29,207 nt of DNA from Candidatus Sumerlaeia bacterium (GCA_038208905.1 JBBQYG010000036.1:1-29207); one strand, 5' to 3'; shown: positions 1-9,320, numbered from the stretch's first letter. The notes: generated by a model not told the origin, from the letters alone. Translations and numbers: made by a program.

Positions 1-843
1 TTTGGCATCGCCCAGAACGGCAAGTCCTTCCGCAACGAGATCACCCCCAAGAACTTCATCTTCCGCACGCGCGAGTTCGAGCAGATGGAGATGGAGTTTT
101 TCTGCAAGCCCGGCGAGCTGTGCCGCGAGGGCGAGCGCAACGACATGGACTGGTTTGCCCACTGGATCGAGTACCGCCTCGCGTGGCACATCCGCTACGG
201 GCTCAAGAAGGAGCACCTGCGCGTCCACTATCAGGCGGCCAACGAACTGGCCCACTATTCCAAGGCCTGCGGCGACATCGAGTTCCTCTTCCCCATCGGC
301 TGGAACGAACTGGAGGGCGTCGCCAACCGCACCAACTACGACCTGAAGCAGCACATGGAGTTCAGCGGCAAGGACTTGCAGTATTTCGACCCGGAGCTGA
401 ACGCGCACTACATCCCCTATGTGATCGAGCCGGCCCTCGGCGTTGATCGCGCCTGCCTCGCGTTCCTGACCGACGCCTATACAGAGGAGCAGGTGAAGGA
501 GGACAAGCGCGTGGTGCTGAAGCTCCACCGCGACCTGGCGCCGATCAAGTGCGCCGTGTTCCCGCTCCTCAAGAACCGGCCCGAGATCGTGGCGATGGCC
601 AAGAACCTCTGCCGCGACCTGAAGCAGTCCTTCTATGCCGTGTATGACGACACGGCGGCGATCGGGAAGCTGTATAGACGCCAGGACGAAATCGGCACGC
701 CGTTCTGCGTAACGGTGGACGTGGAGTCGCTGGAGGATCAGGCGGTGACGATCCGAGAGCGCGACTCGATGCAGCAGATCCGCCTTGGCGTGGACAAGGT
801 GCGCGAGTACGTCGCCGACGAGCTCCGGAAGGCGCGCGGCTAA
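1..843 (+). CDS. glyQS: Glycine--tRNA ligase, alpha2 type (5' truncated by window)
   Basis: Frame is open from base 1 (FGIAQNGKSFRNEITPKNFIFRTREFEQME, class II motif 2). It also has ELEGVANRT, motif 3 IEPALGVDR and the anticodon-binding domain IGKLYRRQDEIGTPFCVTVD. Confidence 0.97.
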   Translation, partial: FGIAQNGKSFRNEITPKNFIFRTREFEQMEMEFFCKPGELCREGERNDMDWFAHWIEYRLAWHIRYGLKKEHLRVHYQAANELAHYSKACGDIEFLFPIGWNELEGVANRTNYDLKQHMEFSGKDLQYFDPELNAHYIPYVIEPALGVDRACLAFLTDAYTEEQVKEDKRVVLKLHRDLAPIKCAVFPLLKNRPEIVAMAKNLCRDLKQSFYAVYDDTAAIGKLYRRQDEIGTPFCVTVDVESLEDQAVTIRERDSMQQIRLGVDKVREYVADELRKARG

Positions 844-865
844 CGTGGGGAAGACGGCGGCAATC

Positions 866-1792
866 ATGGCGGTCATCCGGACGGCGTTCGCGCTGGCGGT
901 TGCGGTATGGGCATTGGTCCCGGGCGTCGCGGCGGAGGAGGCGGAGAACGCCAACCTCAACCGCGACGCCAAGATCTCGCTCCTCCTTGAGCGTGGCGTC
1001 CTCGCGCAGGAGGGCCTTCGCCGCGCGATCCTCGCGGGCCGCAGTATCCAGGCGACGGTCGCGATCGATGCGAAGTCGCTGCTCGATCCCAACTCCGTTG
1101 CGGTGGAGTGGAACGGCCAGCCGATTCCGCACTTCGTCTACTACAAGCAGGCCGACTTCGCCATGATCTTCGCGCTCCCCGATTTTGATCGGATGGCGGA
1201 GCGCGAGGAGGGCGAGCTGACGATGACGGCGAAGCTCGTCGGCGCCGACGCCATCGCCGCTGGATGGCGCCTGCCAGTGACGATCTCTCGCGACGAGGCA
1301 ACCAGCGCCGCGCTTGCGTTTCATAACCGCACAGGGCCCGCCACGACCATTCGCGGGGCCGACGGTCGCCCCGCCGCCGGCGCGTGGTTCTTTGGCCAGC
1401 GGCGCGCCGACCTGTTGGCGCTTGCCGACGCCGAGGGACGCGTCATCCTCGACGCGCCGTCGCGCAACACGCCGGGGCCCCACTATGCGTGGAATGCGGA
1501 GTCGTGGACGGCGGCCTTCGAGTCGATGACAAATCCCGACGTGACACTGGTCCCGCGCGAGGGAAACACGCGGGCGGGCTCGCTGGTGGCCGTCGATGTC
1601 GGCGGCCTTGCGGTGCAGCCGGTCGTGGTGCTCGTGGACAACAATCGCTATGTCGTGTCCGTGGGCAATTCCGCGAAGCTCGATCTTCGGTCGGACATGG
1701 AGACAGAACTGCTGATCCTGTCGCCCGACCACGCGCCGCTGCGCTACGTGGTGCCGCTCGCGGAATCAGAAGTCCGGGCAGTGTTTCCATAG
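866..1792 (+). CDS. Exported hypothetical protein, possible carboxypeptidase-regulatory-like beta-sandwich repeats
   Basis: Signal peptide MAVIRTAFALAVAVWALVPGVAA. The segment TIRGADGRPAAGA...ADAEGRVIL resembles CarboxypepD_reg-like domains. Alternative GTG start at 845. Confidence 0.7.
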   Translation: MAVIRTAFALAVAVWALVPGVAAEEAENANLNRDAKISLLLERGVLAQEGLRRAILAGRSIQATVAIDAKSLLDPNSVAVEWNGQPIPHFVYYKQADFAMIFALPDFDRMAEREEGELTMTAKLVGADAIAAGWRLPVTISRDEATSAALAFHNRTGPATTIRGADGRPAAGAWFFGQRRADLLALADAEGRVILDAPSRNTPGPHYAWNAESWTAAFESMTNPDVTLVPREGNTRAGSLVAVDVGGLAVQPVVVLVDNNRYVVSVGNSAKLDLRSDMETELLILSPDHAPLRYVVPLAESEVRAVFP

Positions 1793-1824
1793 CGTTTCTG
1801 CGTATATACAGCGCCGTCTTCACA

Positions 1825-1977
1825 GTAGCATGGGCATCCTGCCCATGCCCGCCAGCCACTGATTTTGGAAGGCTCTCCCGGATATCCCGACACCGGAGCG
1901 CCTTGCCGTGCCGGACCGCACCGAAGCCTGGCTGGAACAACATGGCTGGTCGTGCATGGGCAGGATGCCCATGCTAC
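1825..1977. repeat. GTAG-type REP doublet in inverted orientation
   Basis: gtagcatgggcatcctgcccatgc (1825-1848) and its perfect 24-bp reverse complement (1954-1977). Each unit has the internal hairpin gcatgggc-atcct-gcccatgc. Confidence 0.88.
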
Positions 1978-2921
1978 TTTTTCGCCGCGAATTCCTCGGC
2001 CACCGATAGAAAATCCGCGCGCATGCGCTCGAACCCGAAGTCGCGGATCACGTCCTCCCGCGCCTGATTCGCAAGGCGACGCGCTTGGTTCCAGTCGATA
2101 TGCGGAAGAAATTCGCGCCAGGCATCGCGCTCCAGCAAGTAGCCGTTCTCCCCGTGGCGCAGTAGCTCTCCCGTGCCCCCGGCGGGAGCCGCAAGGCACG
2201 GGATGCCGCGCGCCATCGCTTCGAGCAGGACGGTGGGAATGCCTTCCGCGGTGCTCGGCGCCAGCAGTAAATCCAGCGACCGCAGCAGTGACCCCGGCTC
2301 CACGAATCCCGTGCAGATGGCGCCGCGCGATTCGGCCTCGCGCTCGAGGTCGGGAGGCAATTCGCCTGCAAATACCAGCGAACCCGGACGCCCGATTTCT
2401 TCCCACAGGTTCAGGAGGAAGCGGTGCCCCTTCTTCGGATGGCCTCGCCCCAGCAGGCCGAACACGGGCTTCTTGAGATTCGTGAGGAGCGGCTTCTCCC
2501 CGGGCGGAACCGGAATCCCGTTGTGGATCACGATGCCCTTTCGCGTACCCAGCGCCGCGTGGGAATTGCTGACCCACGTGGAAAATCGCGGCGACAGAAT
2601 CACGCGGAGGAGGCCCTTGGCGCCGGCGAAGTCCGACTCGCACCGAATGCCGCCAATCAGCGGCGTCCCCCACGGCAGAGCCATCGCCGCCACCGCATGT
2701 GCCGTAACGCCATAGCAGAACACGACGCGGGCGTTTGCGGCGCGTATCGCGCGCGTTGCCGCGCCAAGGCGCGACCATTGCAGCGGGAATCCCATCGATT
2801 CCTCCAGCGCCATGTAGTGGAAGCCCGGCGTCGCGTCGCAGAGGCGTCGGATGTTTGTCTCCGCGCCGCCGCCGGACCGCCGCACGAGCAGATGCAGCGC
2901 GAGGGGGCGGTCACTTTCCAT
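1974..2921 (-). CDS. Glycosyltransferase family 4 (GT-B)
   Basis: GGGAE N-terminal motif, IHNGIP, KKGH, PSTAEGIPTVLLEAMARGIPCLA, ELLRHGENGYL. ATG at 2921 overlaps the end of asnB. Confidence 0.92.
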   Translation of the reverse strand: MESDRPLALHLLVRRSGGGAETNIRRLCDATPGFHYMALEESMGFPLQWSRLGAATRAIRAANARVVFCYGVTAHAVAAMALPWGTPLIGGIRCESDFAGAKGLLRVILSPRFSTWVSNSHAALGTRKGIVIHNGIPVPPGEKPLLTNLKKPVFGLLGRGHPKKGHRFLLNLWEEIGRPGSLVFAGELPPDLEREAESRGAICTGFVEPGSLLRSLDLLLAPSTAEGIPTVLLEAMARGIPCLAAPAGGTGELLRHGENGYLLERDAWREFLPHIDWNQARRLANQAREDVIRDFGFERMRADFLSVAEEFAAKK

Positions 2922-4773
2922 CGACGTGCCTGCGATGCCAGAGCTGGAAGCAGAGAAGCGCCCAGAGCTGCCGCTCGTAGTTTCCGCGCCCGCGCTCGTG
3001 ATCGTCCAGGAGTTGGCGCACCGCGCGCGTGCTGAAGAAACCGTGGCGGCCAATCTCGGCGGGGGAGAGGCTGTCGTGCAGCAGCGACTTCAGCTTGCCG
3101 CGGAACCAATGCTTCAGCGGCACCGCAAAGCCGCGCTTGGGGCGCTCGACGAGATCCTCTGGCATGTGGCGGAGCAGGTAGCGGCGCAGCACGATCTTGC
3201 GCTGGTCGCCCATGATCTTCTCTTCGACGGGGAGGCGCTGTGCGAATTCCACGAGGCGATGATCCAGGAACGGCGCCCGCGCCTCCAGCGATGCGGCCAT
3301 GGTGGCGCGGTCCACCTTGGTCAGGATGTCGTCGGGAAGGTAGTGCTGGAGATCCGTCAGGCCACCGCGCTCCGCCGGCGTCAGGTTCGGCCACCGCGCG
3401 GTAAGCTGGTGAATCGGGTGGCTTGCGAAGCCGCGCCGCGGCCTCAGATCGCGTGCCAGCAGTCGCCGCGACACCGGCGCGTTCCATCCGGCAAAAACGG
3501 CGGGATAGATCGCTGCCTCGTCGCGATAGCGCAGCCCGTTGCTCGCCGTTCTCAGCCGATAGTGCGGCGCCCGCGCACCGATGGCGGCAAGGCCGCGCCT
3601 CAGCGAAGCCGGCACGTGCCGCATCCGCCGGGCAACGGTCTCGGCCCACGTATAGCGGTCGTAGCCGAGGAACGCCTCGTCGCCGCCATCGCCGGAGAGC
3701 GCCACCGTCACGCGGCGGCGCGTCCACTCCGCCAGCAGGATCGTCGGAATCATCGAGGCGTCGGCAAAGGGCTCGTCGTAGATATCCGCAAGGCGGGGCA
3801 CGATGGAGAGGAGGTCCTCCTCCTTCACCGTGTGGGCGTGGTGCGTCGTGCCCAGGTGCTTCGCCACGCGCGCGGCCCAGCGCGACTCGTCGTAGTCGGC
3901 GTCCTCGAAGCCGATCGTGAACGTCTCGATGGGGGCGGCGCCCGATTGCTTCAGCGCCAGCGCCACCGCCGTGGAGTCGATGCCGCCGCTCAGGAAGCAC
4001 CCCAGCGGCACGTCGGAAAGCGTGCGAATGCGGACCGCGTCGATCAGCAGGCTCTCCATCTCGCCGTCCATGTCCTTCGGCGGGGGGGCGGACTGCTTCA
4101 GCGTATCGTCGGCGTTCCAATACGTGGTGATCGTGGCGGCGGGCGCGTCGTATTTCCATTCCAGCATCGCGCCCGGGGGCAGCTTGCGCGCCGCGCGATA
4201 GATCGTCGCGGGGGCGGGGATGTAGTTGAACAGCAGGTACTCGCGCACGGCGCGCTCGTCGATGGCGCGAGGGAACGCGGGATGCGGCAGGAGTGCCTTC
4301 AGTTCCGACGCAAACACCAGCAGGTCGCCCGCATGGTGATAGTGCAGGGGCTTCTCTCCCAGCCGGTCGCGATACAACAGCAGCCTGCGGCCCGCGATAT
4401 CGTGAATCGCGATGGCAAACATGCCGTTGAGCATCGTCACGAAGGACGGCCCGAACTTCAGGAAGAGGTGGAGGATCGTCTCGGTGTCGCTGGTGGATTT
4501 CCAGCGAATATCGGGAAGGCGCCCGCGCAGCTCGCGGTGATTGTATATCTCGCCATTGAACACGATGACCGCGCGGCTCTCTCCGTCCGCCATCGGCTGG
4601 GCGCCATTGGTCGAGAGGTCGAGGATGCTAAGGCGGCGATGGCCAAGGGCCACATGCTCGTCGCGATACTCGCCGCGCGCGTCGGGTCCGCGATGGCGGA
4701 GGGCATCCACCATCGCGGCAAAGGCGTCGGGCGGGCACTCGCCCGGGCGCGTGATGCCCACGATGCCACACAT
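2911..4773 (-). CDS. asnB: Asparagine synthase (glutamine-hydrolysing) family amidotransferase
   Basis: MCGI N-terminal nucleophile, HRGPD, GHRRLSILD, FNGEIYN, RDRLGEKPL, FLSGGIDS, LSGDGGDE, RPKRGF. Confidence 0.95.
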   Translation of the reverse strand: MCGIVGITRPGECPPDAFAAMVDALRHRGPDARGEYRDEHVALGHRRLSILDLSTNGAQPMADGESRAVIVFNGEIYNHRELRGRLPDIRWKSTSDTETILHLFLKFGPSFVTMLNGMFAIAIHDIAGRRLLLYRDRLGEKPLHYHHAGDLLVFASELKALLPHPAFPRAIDERAVREYLLFNYIPAPATIYRAARKLPPGAMLEWKYDAPAATITTYWNADDTLKQSAPPPKDMDGEMESLLIDAVRIRTLSDVPLGCFLSGGIDSTAVALALKQSGAAPIETFTIGFEDADYDESRWAARVAKHLGTTHHAHTVKEEDLLSIVPRLADIYDEPFADASMIPTILLAEWTRRRVTVALSGDGGDEAFLGYDRYTWAETVARRMRHVPASLRRGLAAIGARAPHYRLRTASNGLRYRDEAAIYPAVFAGWNAPVSRRLLARDLRPRRGFASHPIHQLTARWPNLTPAERGGLTDLQHYLPDDILTKVDRATMAASLEARAPFLDHRLVEFAQRLPVEEKIMGDQRKIVLRRYLLRHMPEDLVERPKRGFAVPLKHWFRGKLKSLLHDSLSPAEIGRHGFFSTRAVRQLLDDHERGRGNYERQLWALLCFQLWHRRHVDGK

Positions 4774-4785
4774 GGAATTGTCCTG

Positions 4786-5229
4786 TCAGGTCGCGGCGGG
4801 AAGAAGCGGATTCACCAGGACCGTGTTCTCGATCAGGATCGGCTCTGGCGGCGCTTCGGGGTTGATGAAGCCGAAATAGTAGATCGGCACGTGCCCCACG
4901 CGGACGATGTCGCCGGGCCGGAGCGGGGTGTTCTCCTTCACGGGAACGCCGTTAATCGTGGTGCCGTTCTGGCTCCCCATGTCCTCGATATAGACGCCTT
5001 GCGGCGTTACCGAGATGCGCGCGTGGCGGCGGGAGACGCTCGTGTGGTTCAGCCCCAGATGGTTATCCGGCAGCCGCCCGATCAACAGGTTCGCCACCCT
5101 GAACGAGAGCAGCCTCGGCCCCGCGTCGGTGGACAGGGCGATCATAAACGTCTTCAATGTCGCTCCGGCCTTGTTGAGGCCGGCCTTTCCCGAATCGATC
5201 AGGGTGTCCTTGTTCTTCTCCGCTTCCAC
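4786..5229 (-). CDS. FHA domain protein
   Basis: IGR, VSRRHARI, DMGSQNGTTING and LRPGDIVRVG are canonical FHA motifs. GTG start is uncertain. Confidence 0.92.
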   Translation of the reverse strand: MEAEKNKDTLIDSGKAGLNKAGATLKTFMIALSTDAGPRLLSFRVANLLIGRLPDNHLGLNHTSVSRRHARISVTPQGVYIEDMGSQNGTTINGVPVKENTPLRPGDIVRVGHVPIYYFGFINPEAPPEPILIENTVLVNPLLPAAT

Positions 5230-5464
5230 GGTCTCGGGCCCTCTCTCTTGAAAATCCGCAGAGAGTAACCAGCAGGCCCGCGGCGAGACGCAAGGGCTGC
5301 GCGGCGATTTTTTCTCACTCCGCGAATTTCAAGTTGACGTTGTTCCCTCCTCGCCCGCATTCCTCCCGACCAAGGTCACTTACGTCGACCGGTCACATCC
5401 TACGAGCGCGACCGAATGCTCCCTATGTTGATTCTCGGTCCGCTACGCCCTGCGGAGGGTTTTC

Positions 5465-6361
5465 ATGACGAAGGAACTGCTGGACCGTTTTGAGGCGGGT
5501 CTTACCCGCCTGATTTCCGAACTCGAATCCGATCGCGTGAAGATCCGGCAGATGGAGACCGAGGCCGACAGCCTCCGCATCCACTGCGCCGACCGCGACC
5601 GTCTCGAAGCTCAGGTCGCCGAGCTGACGGCCCGCGTCGAGGAACTGAACAACCGCCCGGACGAAACCGTCCCCCTCCTCGCCGAGATCGAGCAGCTTCG
5701 CGCCGACCTCTCCGCTGCCCAGTCCGAGGCGGGCCGCGTCTCCGGCCTCCAGTTCGAACTCGAATCCTCCGATGGCCGCGCCAACGAGCTTCAGTCCTCG
5801 CTCGACAGCGCGATCTTCGAGCGCGACGCCGCCCGCAACGACCTGTTCAACGCCAACGACGCCGTCGCCCAGAAGGATCAGGCTGTGTCCTTCGTGGGAG
5901 CCGAGCGCGACGCCGCGTTCGCCCAGCTCGATTCCTCCCGCCTTCGCATTCAGGAGCTTCAGGACTGGAACAGCGAAGCGATCCGCGCCCGCGACCAGTT
6001 CCAGTACGAGGTTTCCGCTCTTCAGGGCCGCGTTTCCGGCCTCGAGGCCGCCAACTTCGAACTGCGTCAGCTTCAGGTCGCCACCAGCCAGGATGTCGAG
6101 GCTGCTCAGGCCGTCGGCACGGAGCTTCAGCGCGAGCGCGAGCGCGGGCTCGAGCTTGAGATTCGCATCGAGGAACTGATGGCCCAGCAGCAGGGCGCCG
6201 ATTCCGCCGCACGCGATGCCGCGGACCTGCGCACCCGCCTTGAGGCAGCCATCGCCCGCGAGACCGCCACCAAGGACCGCCTCGACGCGCTTGTCCAGCG
6301 CATCGAATACACCGAGGCCCTTCTGGAGAACGTGGAGATGGCGGGCAATGGCCAATCCTGA
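5465..6361 (+). CDS. Long coiled-coil protein, ZapB-like termini
   Basis: E/L/R/A/Q-rich heptad sequence, GGAGG RBS, and overlap with downstream zapA. The termini resemble ZapB. Confidence 0.75.
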   Translation: MTKELLDRFEAGLTRLISELESDRVKIRQMETEADSLRIHCADRDRLEAQVAELTARVEELNNRPDETVPLLAEIEQLRADLSAAQSEAGRVSGLQFELESSDGRANELQSSLDSAIFERDAARNDLFNANDAVAQKDQAVSFVGAERDAAFAQLDSSRLRIQELQDWNSEAIRARDQFQYEVSALQGRVSGLEAANFELRQLQVATSQDVEAAQAVGTELQRERERGLELEIRIEELMAQQQGADSAARDAADLRTRLEAAIARETATKDRLDALVQRIEYTEALLENVEMAGNGQS

Positions 6362-6674
6362 TGACGTTGTCCAGATCCAGGCCGGCGGTCACGAGATCCG
6401 CCTGAAGGCCACCGCAGAGGAGGTCCCGCACATCAAGCGGGCCGCCGCCAAGGTGACCGAGTCGATCCAGAAGATCCAGCAGGGGCTCGGCGGCGCCGCA
6501 TCCCCCGCCAAGGTCGCCACCATGGCCGCGTTCCAGTTTGCGTTCGAGCTGTCGATGGCCGACGCGATGCTGGAGGACGCCGAACGCCTCCACGACGAAA
6601 TCGCCGCCCAGCGCGGCGCCGTTGCCCGGCTGGAAAGCCTCCTCGCCCGCGTCGACGACGCACTCGCCTACTGA
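6348..6674 (+). CDS. zapA: Cell division protein ZapA family
   Basis: VQIQAGGHEIRLKA...HIKRAAAKVTESI...KVATMAAFQFAFEL follows the ZapA pattern. About 108 aa, ATG at 6348. Confidence 0.8.
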   Translation: MANPDDVVQIQAGGHEIRLKATAEEVPHIKRAAAKVTESIQKIQQGLGGAASPAKVATMAAFQFAFELSMADAMLEDAERLHDEIAAQRGAVARLESLLARVDDALAY

Positions 6675-6696
6675 CCTGCTCCGCAGGGCATGACGG

Positions 6697-6747
6697 AAAA
6701 GCAGAAGGGCGGCAGACCATCCAACGGTATGCCGCCCTTTCTGCTTT
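6697..6747. terminator. Probable bidirectional intrinsic terminator
   Basis: Stem aaagcagaagggcggcagacc / ggtatgccgccctttctgcttt with A- and T-rich flanks, between convergent genes. Confidence 0.75.
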
Positions 6748-6763
6748 GCTCCAGCCGACGCCG

Positions 6764-8551
6764 TTACTTTGCGGCGGGGGGAAGGATGCGGATCTTGGTG
6801 GCGATGATGCCGGGCTCCAGCTCCGTCACGGAGTAGGAGTCGCCGAAGTACTTCTGGATCACTTCCGCCGAAGGAATAATCGCGGGATCGAACTCGCCGA
6901 ACTGGGCGAGGGCTCCGATCTGGAGCATCGATTGGAGCTGCTTCATCGAGTGCCCGATGGCGGAGGCCGGCGAATAGCTGAACGCGCGCAGGTTGCCCTT
7001 GGGCACGTCGGCGAGAACCGCCTTCATCCCCGCCGTGTCGGCGAGCGACGAAACCGACTTGCCGTTCAGCGCGCGGATCGAATCGGCCAACTGCACTTCG
7101 TTGTTTGCGATCGCGAGGGCCTTGTTGTTGAAGGCGATCGCTATCTTGATCGGCGATTCGTCCGCGCCGAAGGACTTGCTGCGGATGACCGTCACGCCGT
7201 CGATTTCCTCCGTTGTGATCATCCCGGCCATCTCGGGCTTCTTGGTGATCCCCTCGATCAGCCTCTTGATCGTGGTGGATGCCTCGTCGCCGTTCTTGAA
7301 GCCAAGGAAGAAGGCCAGGCTGTTCTCCGTGGCCTGCTGCTCGGGGGTAAGCTGCTTGAGGATCTCGCCATCCAGGGGACGCTGAATCACGATGTGCTCG
7401 CCCGCGATGTTGCGGACAAGGCCGTTGATGAAGTCCACGCCAAGGTCCTGCTGCTGCTGCTGGATCTGCGCACTGGCCATCGCGCCGATCATCGGCTGCA
7501 CTTCGTTCACGATCTTCAGGACCGCGTCGTAGAGCAGGCCTACGTCGAGCGAGAAGCTCGTCACGCTGAGAGAGTCCGCGGGCGCGAGGGCGACAAGGTT
7601 CAGCGGTGTCGTGCCAGACCCGCCGAGCGCCCCCATGATGCCGCGAAGTGCCTGGGGCGTGGTGACGGCGAAATCCGTGTCGACGTTCTCGGGGGAAGGC
7701 GTCAGTGAGAGGTACACCGCCTCGATATCATAAAGCCCCGTGTTCGGCAGCACACCCACCATGGCCGAGTCCATGCCCTCGGCTTCCATCGAGGACTTGA
7801 TCAGGGCGCCGGTGTTCACGAAAACATTCGCCTGGCTGTCGGTGGAGGATGCCGTGCGCTTGGCCGCGTAGGTCTTCAAGTCGGGGCGCAGCGACAGCGT
7901 CGCCTCGGTGGCGCCGGACTTGATCCGGTTGATCACGGCCTTCTGGCCCTCGGTGTCGAGGTCGAAGGAGATGACGAAGTGCTTGTCGAGCGTGGCGTAC
8001 TGCACAGTCATGGCCTTCTCGTCCAGGGCGTCTTTCTTGCCGACGACGCGATAGACGGTCACGCCAGAGGTCTCGTAGCTGTCCTTGGTCGGCTCGACGA
8101 ACTTGAACGGATCGGCCTTCAGCTTCTCGTCAATCCACGCCTTTCCTTCCTCGTCCACCTCGATGATCGTCACGGCGGAAACTTCGTCGAGTCCGCCAGC
8201 GCCGATCGGCTGGATATAGACGCCAACGCCGCCCTTGAGGACCTTGACGATTTCCTCGAGCGAGGGGGCGCCCTTCTCGAGCGCTTCCTTCTCGGCCTCG
8301 GTGATCTTGTCGCCGATGAACTTGCGCAGGGCCGCCGTCGCCGGGTCGGCCCAGAGCTTGCCATAGGCGCTCTTGTCGATGCCATCGGCCAGCGCCGGAT
8401 AGTCCACCGACCATGCGGCGGCCAGGGCGTTGTCGGGGATGATCGCGGGAAAGTCTGTCTTGGCGAGGCCCAGCGTGGACATCGTGGCCATCATGGCCGC
8501 CGCCGCGAGCAGGGTGCGGCCGGAACGCCGGAGGCACGGAAAAACCGTCAT
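6764..8551 (-). CDS. Exported hypothetical protein, DUF3352-like
   Basis: Strong codon bias, GAAGGAG RBS before the ATG at 8551, signal peptide (RRSGRTLLAAAAMMATMSTLGLA), and repeated 'IIPDNALAAA'/'LAPADSLSV'/'VPKGNLRAFSY' units typical of DUF3352-like proteins. Confidence 0.7.
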   Translation of the reverse strand: MTVFPCLRRSGRTLLAAAAMMATMSTLGLAKTDFPAIIPDNALAAAWSVDYPALADGIDKSAYGKLWADPATAALRKFIGDKITEAEKEALEKGAPSLEEIVKVLKGGVGVYIQPIGAGGLDEVSAVTIIEVDEEGKAWIDEKLKADPFKFVEPTKDSYETSGVTVYRVVGKKDALDEKAMTVQYATLDKHFVISFDLDTEGQKAVINRIKSGATEATLSLRPDLKTYAAKRTASSTDSQANVFVNTGALIKSSMEAEGMDSAMVGVLPNTGLYDIEAVYLSLTPSPENVDTDFAVTTPQALRGIMGALGGSGTTPLNLVALAPADSLSVTSFSLDVGLLYDAVLKIVNEVQPMIGAMASAQIQQQQQDLGVDFINGLVRNIAGEHIVIQRPLDGEILKQLTPEQQATENSLAFFLGFKNGDEASTTIKRLIEGITKKPEMAGMITTEEIDGVTVIRSKSFGADESPIKIAIAFNNKALAIANNEVQLADSIRALNGKSVSSLADTAGMKAVLADVPKGNLRAFSYSPASAIGHSMKQLQSMLQIGALAQFGEFDPAIIPSAEVIQKYFGDSYSVTELEPGIIATKIRILPPAAK

Positions 8552-8780
8552 GGGGAATGCTCCTTCGATTTGGTAGTCATGGGTGGATTCGCGGGCCGGG
8601 GGTCCAGCTAGGGGCCCTCCGGCGGGCGAGCGGCGATCATCCTCGGTCAACGCGCGGGATGCTGGGTGAGGGGGAATCCGGCAGGCAATGGGTTTTCGGA
8701 CTGTTGCCCCCTTCTCTCCTTATAGAGTGATCGTGGGGGCACTTGGGTTGGAAGAGTGGGCAAAAAAGGCGCCCGATCCC

Positions 8781-8840
8781 TTGACAATCCCTTACTGTCC
8801 GCCCATCGTTTGATTCCAATATCGTGTGATTTCAATTGAA
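8781..8840 (+). promoter_or_regulatory. Putative sigma70 promoter and operator of arsR
   Basis: TTGACA at 8781-8786, weak -10 (catcgt) at 17-nt spacing, a tandem 16-bp repeat at 8805-8836 and palindrome ttcaattgaa at 8831-8840. Confidence 0.5.
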
Positions 8841-8859
8841 TGCAGAAAGCCCTCCTTGG

Positions 8860-9192
8860 ATGCCCTCCGAAAGCGTATCGCCAGAAACGGTCCACAAGGC
8901 CGCCCAGCGCCTCCGCGCGCTGTCCGACGAAATTCGCATCCGCCTCCTGCTCCGGCTCCGTAAGGGCGAGGCCAACGTGGGCGCCCTCGTCGCCGAGTTC
9001 CGCATCGCCCAGGCCTCCATGTCCAAGCATCTGGCCATCCTCAAGGCCGTCGGCTACGTCCAGAACCGCCGCGAGGGGGCCCAATCGGTGTATGGCATCC
9101 GGGACGAAACGGTCTTCGACATCCTCAAGACCACCTTCGACGAAGTCCGTAACGACCACATTGCGCTGGCGAAGGCGATGGGGGGGGAGTGA
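8860..9192 (+). CDS. ArsR/SmtB family transcriptional regulator
   Basis: LRALSDEIRIRLL...QASMSKHLAILKAVGYVQNRREG...Y winged HTH. Start at ATG 8860 or TTG 8836. Confidence 0.92.
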   Translation: MPSESVSPETVHKAAQRLRALSDEIRIRLLLRLRKGEANVGALVAEFRIAQASMSKHLAILKAVGYVQNRREGAQSVYGIRDETVFDILKTTFDEVRNDHIALAKAMGGE

Positions 9193-9320
9193 GGCAGGGA
9201 ACGGCGGTAAAAGCGGAAAAGGCGGAACAACGGCTGTCCGACACCGCGATACGATTGAGCCGAAGTTTTAAAATCCTGTATCCTCGCCGTTCCCGTCTTC
9301 GCCGCCTTTCCCTGCCGTTA
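9191..9320. repeat. Imperfect inverted repeat element with ~9-nt periodic arms (ggcgggaaa-like)
   Basis: Purine-rich left arm 9191-9234 and pyrimidine-rich right arm 9281-9320. Bases 9302-9320 are the exact reverse complement of 13849-13867. Confidence 0.75.

Noticed and set aside
2911..4773. Lasso peptide cyclase interpretation of the asnB homologue
   Set aside because: It retains the N-terminal Cys glutaminase domain, no precursor, B protein or RRE gene is nearby, and its neighbour is a glycosyltransferase.
2851..5268. 805-aa plus-strand ORF and similar long antisense ORFs (11208-13568, 23738-25585, 20333-21556, 569-1732)
   Set aside because: Shadow ORFs opposite well-supported genes in high-GC DNA, with no recognisable motifs.
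6675..6763. 6S RNA (ssrS), often found after zapA
   Set aside because: Only about 90 nt are available and they are explained by a terminator-like hairpin. This is too short for 6S RNA.
9191..9320. Possible CRISPR array or tRNA in the periodic repeats
   Set aside because: No constant repeat with unique spacers, no cas genes and no cloverleaf.
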